From: Chthoniobacteraceae bacterium
Lineage (GTDB): Bacteria > Verrucomicrobiota > Verrucomicrobiia > Chthoniobacterales > Chthoniobacteraceae
NCBI GenBank assembly: GCA_031409335.1
Contig: JANNWY010000057.1
Coordinates: 1 to 64,000, forward strand
DNA: 64,000 nucleotides
Direction: 5' to 3'
Shown here: one piece after another, positions 1-10,300 of the stretch
Layout: each line of letters begins with the position of its first letter
Numbering within the stretch: position 1 is the first letter of the stretch
The notes under the pieces: model-generated
Told to the model about the DNA's origin: nothing
Databases searched by the model: none
The model's input: the letters and a program-made list of their open reading frames with translations, nothing else
Made by a program: the position numbers and the translations under genes

Positions 1-80
1 CGCCACACCGCTTTCGGAGTGCTCCGCGGGTGGGACTGCTCCGATGACCCGCCCGCAGACCATCCGAAAGCGGTGTGGCG
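1..80. repeat. REP-like inverted repeat (18-bp perfect arms) downstream of moxR
   Basis: cgccacaccgctttcgga (1-18) is the exact reverse complement of tccgaaagcggtgtggcg (63-80). The element probably extends past the window start. Confidence 0.75.
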
Positions 81-159
81 CTGACGCTTCCCTCCGCAGT
101 CCAAAGCTCCGCCCTATCCATACACGGCTGACAGAGCACTAGCGAGAGACCCAGCATTC

Positions 160-1146
160 TCACGGCACCGGCAGCCCCGCAAAAATCTTCTCGATGATCT
201 GCTCGCTCGTCACCTCTTCCGCCTCCGCTTCGTAGCTCACGATGATCCGATGGCGCAGCACGTCGAAGCCGACGCTTTTAACATCCTGCGGCGTGACATA
301 ACCACGGCCTGAGAGGAAGGCTTTCGCCCTCGCCGCGAGCGTGAGCGCGATGGTCGCGCGGGGCGATGCACCGTAGCGAAGCATCCCTTCCAGCTTCAGC
401 TTGTAGCTCGCGGGATCGCGCGTGGCGAAGACGACATCGACGATGTAATCCTTCACCCGATCATCGACGTAAATCGTGTTCACGAGATTGCGCGCGCGGA
501 TGATTTCCTCCGGCTGCACGACGGGCTGCACTTCGAGATTTGGCGCGGACGTGCCCATGAGATCGAGGATTTTGCGTTCCTCCACTTTGCTCGGGTAGCC
601 GACTTTCAGCTTCAGCATGAAGCGGTCGAGTTGCGCTTCAGGAAGCTGATAGGTGCCTTCCTGTTCGAGCGGGTTTTGCGTCGCGAGCACGAGGAACGGG
701 TCGGCCAGTTTGTAAGTCGTATCGCCAATCGTCACCTGCCGCTCCTGCATCGCTTCGAGCATCGCGCTCTGCAATTTCGCGGTGGCGAGGTTGATTTCAT
801 CCGCGAGGATCAGGATGGAAAAGAGCGGGCCTTTCTTCGTCGTGAATTCGCCCGTGCGCGGATTGTAGATCAGCGTGCCGATCAAATCCGCCGGCAGCAA
901 ATCCGGCGTGAACTGAATGCGTTGGAAACCCGTGTGGACACAGTTCGCGAGCGTTTTCACCGCCAGCGTTTTTGCGAGGCCGGGCACGCCTTCGAGGAGA
1001 ATATGCCCATTCGTCAGCAGCCCCACGAGCAGGCCGTCGATGAGATATTTCTGCCCCACGACGACGCGCCCGATTTGCTCCTGCAAGGGCGCGACCCATT
1101 GGTTGTGCTGTGTGACTTGGTCGGTGATTTCCTGCGTGTTGGACAT
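160..1146 (-). CDS. moxR: MoxR family AAA+ ATPase
   Basis: Walker A LLEGVPGLAKT, RIQFTPDLLPADLIG, LADEIN, ATQNPLEQEGTYQLPEAQLDRF, GASPRA. Start placed at MSNTQEI (1146), not the ORF-track start at 1611. Confidence 0.93.
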   Translation of the reverse strand: MSNTQEITDQVTQHNQWVAPLQEQIGRVVVGQKYLIDGLLVGLLTNGHILLEGVPGLAKTLAVKTLANCVHTGFQRIQFTPDLLPADLIGTLIYNPRTGEFTTKKGPLFSILILADEINLATAKLQSAMLEAMQERQVTIGDTTYKLADPFLVLATQNPLEQEGTYQLPEAQLDRFMLKLKVGYPSKVEERKILDLMGTSAPNLEVQPVVQPEEIIRARNLVNTIYVDDRVKDYIVDVVFATRDPASYKLKLEGMLRYGASPRATIALTLAARAKAFLSGRGYVTPQDVKSVGFDVLRHRIIVSYEAEAEEVTSEQIIEKIFAGLPVP

Positions 1147-1321
1147 GGCGCGGGATAAGACCGCCAAATCGCCCGAAAGTTCAACCCGGCAATTTGTCGA
1201 GAGCGGTGCTGTCCGCGTGGAAGTGGATGGCTGTCCCCGAGAAAGCTCCGGTCCTTTTGCAACCAGCCCCGCGCCTTGTTTTTTCTCGTAACGCCGCGCG
1301 ATTGACGGACAAGGAAGCTGC

Positions 1322-4300
1322 ATGAAACTGTTTTCGCGCCCGCTTCCTTCCCCCAAACGCAACCGCCCGCTCATCGAGCCCCTCGAAGCCCGCATCGCCC
1401 CCGCTGCCAATGCGTGGATCGGCGTGGCGAGCGGGAATTGGAACACGGCGTCGAACTGGTCCGATGGCGTGCCGACGGCGGATGATGTGGTGACGATCAA
1501 TCCCGCGGGGACGCTGACGATCACGATCGACGCGGGGGTGCAGGCGGTGGCTTCGCTTTCGATGCCGGGGGATGATGCGCTTTCGATCACGGGTGGGTCG
1601 CTGGCGGTCACGGCGGCGTCGGTGATTCACAATCTCGCGCTGGGCGGGAGCGGGTCGCTTTTTGCGAGTGCGGCGGTTTCGCTGACGGGGGTGGGGTCTT
1701 TCAGTGGGGCGGCGATTCTCGGTGGTTCCAGCGTGGTGACGAATAACGGGACGCTGGGGATCACGAGCGGGGAGCCGGATTTGGCGACGGAGCTAGTGAA
1801 CGCGAACGGGGCGACGATCCAGCATGGGAATGCCTTTCTCGATTTGAATGGTGCGGCGGCGAAGGTGCGCGTCGCGCCGGGCGGTTTGTACGAGACGGTG
1901 AACACGGGCAACGGGTTCTCGTTTCGCGCGAGCGGGAGTCCGCAGGGCGTGTTCGTGGAGGCGGGCGCGATCTTCCGTCACAACACACCGAATGGTGCGG
2001 TTTTCAATATCGGAGCGGGCGTGCCGTTCGACGTGAATGGCGGGACGGTGCAGAATACGGGCGTCACTGGAACGGCGTTGAATCTGAACGGCATCAGCAC
2101 GTTCACGAATGCAACGCTGGCGCCGTCGCTGAACACGACGATCAATTTCAGCGGCAACAGCAACACGGTGGTCGGCACGATCACCGGCTCGGGCGCGGGC
2201 CTGGTAAATCTTGCGGCGGGGCAACTGCACGCGACGGCGGCGGGGGCGACGCTGAATTTTCCAGCGGGACTTTTCAATTGGAGCGGGAGCGGGAGCTTGA
2301 GCGGGCCGGGCGTTTTTACGAACACCGGGACGATTCAGATGACGGGCGGCGAGCCGGATTTGGCGACGGAGCTTTTGAATCTTGGGACGATCCAGCACGG
2401 CAATGCGTTTCTCGATTTGGACGGCGCAGCGGCAAAGCTGCGGTTGGTGCCGGGCGGCTTGTATGAGTCGGTGAACACGGGCAACGGATTTGGCTTCCGC
2501 GCGTTGAATGGAACGCAGGGAGTATTCATCGAAGCGGGCGGGATGTTCCGGCACAACACGCCGAATGCTGCGGTTTTTAATATCGGAGCGGGCGTGCCGT
2601 TCAACGTAAATGCCGGGACGGTGCAGAACACGGGCTTCAGCGGAGCGGCGTTGAATCTGGACGGCATCGGCACGTTCACGAACGCGAGCCTCGTGCCGTC
2701 TGTCGGCACGACGATCAATTTCAGCGGGAACAGCAACACGATCATCGGCACAGTCAGCGGCTCGGGCGCGGGCGTGGTGAATCTCGCGAGCGGGCAACTG
2801 CACGCGACGGCGGCGGGCGCGGCGCTGAATTTTCCAGCGGGACTTTTCAATTGGAGCGGGAGCGGGAGCCTGAGCGGGCCGGGCGTTTTTACGAACACCG
2901 GGACGATTCAGATGACGGGCGGCGAGCCGGATTTGGCGACGGAGCTTTTGAATCTCGGCACAATCCAGCACGGCAACGCTTTTCTCGATCTCGATGGCGC
3001 GGCGGCGAAGCTGCGGCTGGTTTCGGGCGGCTTGTATGAGGCGGTGAATACGAGCAGCAGCTTTGGCTTCCGCGCGTTCAATGGAACGCCGGGCGTGTTC
3101 GTGGAGACGGGCGGAGTGTTCCGGCACAATTCATCGAACGGGGCGACGTTCGATGTCGGGGCGAATGTGCCGTTCGATGTGAATGGTGGGACGTTGCAAA
3201 ACACCGGCGTGGCGGGCACGGCGCTGAATCTGAACGGCATCGGCACGTTCACGAATGCGACGCTGGTGCCGTCCGTGGGCACGACGATCAATTTCAGCGG
3301 GAACAACAACACGGTGATCGGGACCATCACCGGCTCGGGCGCTGGCGTGGTGAATCTGGCGACGGGCCAACTCCACGCGACGGCGGCGGGCGCGACGCTG
3401 AATTTCCCAGCGGGCTTGTTCAATCTGAGCGGGACGGGGAGCTTGAGCGGGCCGGGCGTTTTCACGAATACGGGGAAGATTCAGGTCGTGAGCGGCGAGC
3501 CGGATTTGGCGACGGATTTGGTGAACGCGGGGACGATCCAGCATTCCAGCGCGTTCCTCGATTTGGTCGGCGCGGGGAAGCTGCGCGTCATCGCGGGCGG
3601 CCTGTATGAGGCGGTGAATACGAGCAGCAACTTTGGCTTCCGCGCGTTCGGTGGGACGACGGGCGTGTTCGTCGAGGCGGGCGGAGTGCTCCGGCACAAT
3701 TCGCCGAACGGCGCGACGTTCAATGTCGGGGCGGACGTGCCGTTCACCGTGAATAGCGGGACGTTGCAGAACACGGGTGTCGCGGGAACCGCGTTGATTC
3801 TGAACGGCATCGGGACGTTCACCAATGCGAGCTTCGCGCCGTCGCTCAACACGGCGATCAATTTCAGCGGGGACAACAACACGATCGTCGGCACGCTGAC
3901 GGGCACGGGCACGGGCAAAGTGAATCTCAACACCGGCCAACTGCACGCGACGACGGCGGGTGGGACGCTGAATTTCCCGGCGGGAATGTTTGATTTAAGC
4001 GGGACCGGGAGCTTGAGCGGGCCGGGGATTTTTACGAACAAGGGCGCGATCCAGATCACGAGCGGCGAGCCGAATCTGGCGACGGAATTGGTGAACGCGG
4101 GGACGATCCAGCATTTCAGCGCGTTCTTCGATTTGGACGGCGCGGCGGCGAAGGTGCGCGTGGTCTCGGGGGGCTTGTACGAGTCGGTGAATACGAGCAG
4201 CGGCTTCGGTTTCCGCGCGACGAACGGCACGCCGGGCGTGTTCGTCGAGGCCGGTGCGACGTTCCGCCACAACCCGTCGAACGGCGCACATTTCTCCGTC

Positions 4301-7300
4301 GGCACCGGGACACCTTTCAGCAATCTCGGCACCGTCACAGTCGCGAATGGTGCGCTGAATTTCACGACGTTGCCCGCGCAAATCAGCGGCACGGCGGGCG
4401 CGGCGACGCTGACGGGCGGCGCTTGGGAAGTCGCGAGCGGGGGGACGCTGAATCTCGGCATCACCGGCCTCGCGGCGAACGCGGCGACGATCATCGTGCG
4501 TGGCACGGGGAGTTTCACGGGCCTCGCGGCGCTCGGGGCGAACATTGGCTCGCTGAGTCTGCTCGAAGGTGCGGACTTGACCAAGACGACGGCGCTGACG
4601 AGCAGCGGCGCGCTCACGCTCTCGGCGGGCACGGTGTTCACGACGCCCGCATTCACGCAGACGCAGTCGGGCATCACGACGTTTGAACTCGGCGGCACGG
4701 CGGCGGCGCAGATCGGGCGGCTCGTGGTGACGGGCGCGGCGACGCTCGGCGGCACGGCGCATTTTCAAATCGTGAACGGCTTCGCGCCCGCGGCGGGGCA
4801 GACGCTGACGCCTGTGACTTTCGGATTTGAGACCAGCAACTCCACAAGAATCACCGGCCTCGGCCTCGGCCTCGGGCGATCGACGATTTTCGAGGTGGTG
4901 AATACGGGGACGGCGCTGACGCTGAATTCGCTGGTGAACGCCGCGGACCTCGCCGCGCAAAGCGTCACCACGCCGGTGAACACGAACGCGGGCGCGAACA
5001 TCGCGCTTTCCTACACGGTGCAAAATGTGAGCGCGAATCCGACGCTCGGGACGGCGTGGACGGACACGGTTTATCTCTCGCTCGATGGGACGCTCGATTC
5101 GTCGGACATCGTGCTCACGCGCGTGGCGCACAGCGGGGCCGTTGCGGGCGGCGGGAGTTACACGGAAAACTTGAACGTGCCGCTGATCGGCGCGCTCCCG
5201 GCGAATTACAAAATCATCGTCGTCGCGGACAGTCAGGGCCGCGTGCCCGATCCGGCGCGGGCGAATAATTTCGCGGCGAGCGCGGGCACGTTCGCGCTCG
5301 ACATCCCGACGCTCACGCCAGGCGTCGCCTTCAACGGCACGATCGCGAACAACCGCGACCAGTATTTCCAAGTCACGCTGCCCGCGGGGCAATCGCCGAC
5401 GTTCACCTTCACCGGCGCGGGCGCGGGCGCGGCGGAGCTTTACGAATCGCTCAACGCCGTGCCGACGCGCGCGACGTTTTTTGAAAGCGCCTTCGTCGCG
5501 ACCAGCACGGTGCAGCGCATCGTCGGCGACACCACTTCAGCGGCGACGTATTTCATCCTCGTCCACGGGCGGGAAAATGCGGGCGCGGGGCAGACGTTCT
5601 CGCTCGTCGCGAATGGCGCGGGCTTCGACCTCACGGGCACGAGCGTCGCGGGCGGGCCGGCCATCGGCGAAGTCACGACCACGCTCACCGGCTCGCAGTT
5701 CACGCCAGCGACCACGTTCACGCTCGTCTCCGGCGGCACCACTCGCGCGGCCTCGGCGACTTATTTCACCGATGCCAGAACGGTGAGCGCGACCTTCGAT
5801 CTCACCGGCCTCGCCCTCGGCAGCTACGACATCGTGGCGGACAACGGCGCGGCGACGGACGCGCTGCCGGGCGCGTTCACGGTGAACAACGGCGCCGCTG
5901 GAAAACTGTTCTACACTTACAGCAGTCCGCGCTACATCCGCCCGCCGTTTGGGGAAGCGACCGTGCTGACGATCTCGTATGAAAACACGGGTGGGACGGA
6001 CATCGACGCGCCGCTTTTCACGCTGCTGGCGACGAACGCGCGGCTGCGTCTAGCGGGCGATTCCACGTTCCTGCAAGCGACCTATCAAACGGGGGGACAG
6101 CCGCTCGCCGTGTATGAATTGCTGGGCGTGAGCGATGGCCTGGCGGGCGTTTTGCAGCCTGGTGAAAAGGGGCGCATCGACGTGGTCTTCGAGCCGATCT
6201 CGAGCGTCACGCGCGCGGTGTCGAACTTTGAAGTCATCGCCGCGAGGGAGGACGGCGCGCCGTTTTCGCTCGCGGGATTGAAGACGGACTTGCAGCCCGC
6301 AGGCGTGTCGAACGATGCGTGGGATGCGATCTTTGCGAATTTGCAAAGCGCGGCGGGGACGACGGTGGGCAGCTACAAATCCATGCTCGCGGACAACGCG
6401 AATTACCTCGGGCAGCTCGGGAAAGTTTCGCCGGACACGACGCGGCTGCTGCAATTCGAGCTGACACAGGCGGGCGACTTCGGAGCGATCGCGGCGCACT
6501 ACGCGGATGGCGCGTTCGGTCGCGGGAGCGCGGGGCTTTTCAACACGCGCATCCTCGTGGAAAGCGGCGGCAACCTCACGCTGACGGACGGCACTTCGAG
6601 CGCGTTCTTTTTGAAACAAGCCAACGGCAGCTTCTCGACGGGCCGCGCCGATGGCAGCGTACTGACGCGCGCGGCGACGGGCGCGGTGACGATCCTCGCG
6701 GCGGATGGCAGCAAGACGACTTTCCGCGCGAGCGATGGGCGCATCGACTTTCTGGAAGACTCGAACGGCAATCGCGTGACGGCGACTTACAACGCGGGCG
6801 GGCAACTCACGAAGCTGACCGAGGCGCTGACGGGCGACGCGACGAATTTCACCTACAACGCGGCGGGTGACGTCGCGACGCGCACGGATGCGGTGGGGCG
6901 CGTGGCGACTTACACCTACGACGCGGGCGGGCAGCATCTCGTGCGCGTCACGTCGCCGCAGGGCGCGATCGACTACACGTACGTGACTGGCCAGGGCGCG
7001 GCGCGCGAGCACGCGCTGGCGAGCGTGACGGGCTTTGACGGCGTGACGACGAGCTACGCTTACGACGCGCTGGGCCGACTCGTGCGGGAGCAGGTGGGCA
7101 GCGGCGCGGGGGCGATCGTGGAAAATTATGCGTACGACAGCGCGGGCAAATTCACCGCGACCGATGGCGCGGGAAAAATCACGACCACCTTCCGCACGGC
7201 CCTGGGACAGGTCGCGCGGGCGATCGACGCGGACGGCGATGTGACGAGCGCAGCCTACGACGCTTCGGGCCGGCTGGTGTCCCTCACCGATCCGCTGGGG

Positions 7301-10300
7301 CTCAAGAGCAAGTCGATCTTTGGCGCGAACGGATTGCTCGAAGGCTCGATCGCGGCGGACAAAACGAAAACGTCGCTGACGTTTGGCGACCTGCGCCGCG
7401 TGACGAGCGTGACCGACGCGGGCGGCGATGTGACGCAACTCGGCTACGACGCGCGCGGCAATCTCCTCTCGAAAATCCTGCCCGATGGCTCGACCGACCG
7501 CCTCGAGTACGACACGGCGGGCCGCGTGATCGCCGCGACCGATGCCAACGGCGAGCGCACGACGTTCACCTACAACGCCGCGGGTCTGCTCACGACGAAG
7601 CAGTTCGCAAGCGGGGAAAACGTGACCTTCACCTACGACGCGCATCGCAATCTGCTCACGGCAACGAACGACGAAGGCGTGACCACTTTCACCTACGACG
7701 CGGCGGATCGCGTGACGAGCGCGGCGTATCCGAATGGGAAAAGCGTCGCGATCACTTACGACTCCGCGGGGCGGCAGGCGACGATTGCGGATCAGAGCGG
7801 CTACACCGTGCGATACCACTACGACGCGCTCAGCCGGCTCGATGAAGTGCGCGACACGGGTAATGCGCTGCTCGTTTCCTACACCTACGATGTGCGCGGC
7901 CAGCTCGCGACGGAGACGCGCGCGAATGGCAGCACGACCGCCTACACCTACGATGGCGAAGGGCGCGCGGCGACGATCACGCATCGCGATGCGGCGAATG
8001 CGGTGACGGGATTTTTTAACTACACGCACGACGCGGTGAGGCATGTGAAGACGGTCGCGACGGAGGATGGCACGACGACTTACACCTACGACGTGAACGG
8101 CCAGCTCACGCGCGTGGAGCTGCCGGGCGGACGCAGCATCGAGTATCGCTACGATGAGGAGGGGAATCGCACGGCGGTCGTCGATTCGCAAAATGGGACG
8201 ACGAATTACACGACGAACAGCGGCGACCAATACACGAGCGCGGGCGCGGAAACGCTCACCTACGATGGCGCGGGGCGGCTCATCGCGTCGCAGACCGGCG
8301 GCGCGAACACGTCGCTCGGCTACGATGCGGCGGGGCGGCTCACGTCGGCGATCAGCGCTGGCACGGTGATCGACTACGTGTTCGACGCGCTCGGCAATCG
8401 TATCGCGAAAATCGAGAACGGCGTGCGCACGGATTTCGCGATCAATCCGACCGGGCTCGGCACGCTGTTCGGCGAATATCAGGGCGCGGCGACGGTCGCG
8501 AATTACGCGCAGGGGCTGGGCGTCGCGGTGCGCACGGCCGGCGGCTCGACGGCGTTTTATCAATACGATGCGATCGGAAATACGTCGCTCGTCTCCGGTG
8601 TGAACGGCGCGGCGGTGGCGACGTACGAATACCTGCCCTTCGGCGAAATCTCCGCGCAGACCGGTGCGCTCGCGCAGCCGCTCACCTTTGGCGGACGCCT
8701 CGGCGTGCTGGACGACGCGGGCGATACTTTTTACATGCGTGCGCGCACTTACGATGCGGGGCTGGGCCGCTTCACCACGCGCGATCCGATCGATCTGCGC
8801 GGCGGCGACACGAATCTCTATCGCTTCGTCCACAACGATCCGATCAACGCCAGCGACCCGACCGGTCTGCTGCCCTTCGGCGGCGCACTCCCGCCAGGCC
8901 TAAATCTTCCGGCCCGGCCCGTGCAGGCGGCAGTTCAAACCGGGCTGGGCTTGATCCGCGGACAAGGGGCGGGCAGCGGCACCACCGGCCTCGTTCGCAC
9001 CGGCCTGCAATCCGGCCTCCGTGCCAGCGGTGCTTTCGCAGGGACGCCCGCGCCCATCGGCCCGATCGCGCCCCCACCCGCCCCTGTCGGACCACCGCCC
9101 GTGCCCGGTGCCGCCGCCAGCATCGGCGCGATCGAAGCACTCGGGCCAGGCCTTATCCTCTTCGGCACCGCCGCGCTGGCGATCGACGGCGGCGAAACGC
9201 TCTTTAACGGCGTGTTCCCGAACGCTGGAAAACTGGCTGAGCAAGACGTGGTCGGACGCTCCGTGAAAAGCCTCTCGGAGCGCAGCGGTGCGAGCGAACT
9301 TTTCACCGACCTCGTGAAAGTGGGTCTCGAAAGCGGCAAGTCCGAACGCGACGCCATCCTCGACGCCATCACTTTCCTGCGGAAGAACGGCATCGAAGAC
9401 CCGCTCTTCAATCCCAATCCGAACAACCCCACTCCGACTTCGAGCGAAGTCGTCCGCCCAAGCGATCCGAACAACATCGTCGGCCCGGCGGGTGCGGGCG
9501 CGGATGTGGTGCCCGACATCATCGCGCCGGGGCAAACGCGCTTCGATGGCTTCGTCAGCGGCGGCGGGAATTTCCCCTACCGGATCGAGTTTGAAAACAT
9601 GCCGAGCGCCACCGCGCCCGCGCAGGTCGTGCGCGTCACGCAAACGCTCGACCCCGACCTCGACCTCTCGACGTTCGCGTTCACCGGCTTTGGCTTCGGC
9701 GCAAATCTCGTGACGGCCAACGGCACGAGCTTTCACACGATCTTCGACGCCACCGCCACGCTCGGCGTACTCGTGAAAATCGACGCCGACCTCAACACGC
9801 TGACCGGCCTGCTCGACGTGACCTACACCTCGCTCGACCCCGCGACGAACGACGTGCCGCTTGATCCCTTCACCGGCTTCCTCCCGCCCGACGACGCGAC
9901 CGGCCGCGGCGACGGCTTCCTCACTTATAACGTGCAGCCGAAAGCCGCACTCGCGAACGGCACCGCCTTCACCGGCATCGCGAGCATCGTCTTCGACACC
10001 GAAGACGCCATCGCCACGCCGACCGTCACGAACACCCTCGACAGCGTCGCGCCGACCGCGACCGTCGGCGCGCTCCCCGCGAGCACGAACCGGAGCACCT
10101 TCGTCGTGCGCTGGACCGGTGCGGACAACGTCGGCGGCTCCGGCCTCGCCGGCATCACGCTGAGCTTCACCGACAACGGTGGCCCTCGGCAAACCGCGAC
10201 CGTCGCGAACGCCGACGGCGGCTTCCGCTTCCCCGGCGAAGTCGGGCACACCTACGCCTTCTTCTCACAAGCCGTGGACAACGTCGGCAACACCTCCGCG

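Noticed and set aside
1147..1611. N-terminal extension of MoxR in the ORF track
   Set aside because: Overlaps the divergent giant gene; MoxR homology begins at 1146.
1772..4340. Diversity-generating retroelement TR/VR pair
   Set aside because: The repeats are in-frame tandem domains, the differences do not look adenine-specific, and no reverse transcriptase is present.
4855..4876. (GGCCTC)x3 as a phase-variation tract
   Set aside because: Six-bp in-frame unit (GLGLGL) with only three copies.
6050..8833. 927-aa antisense ORF and many other long overlapping ORFs
   Set aside because: Shadow frames of high-GC genes: Arg/Ala-rich with no motifs.
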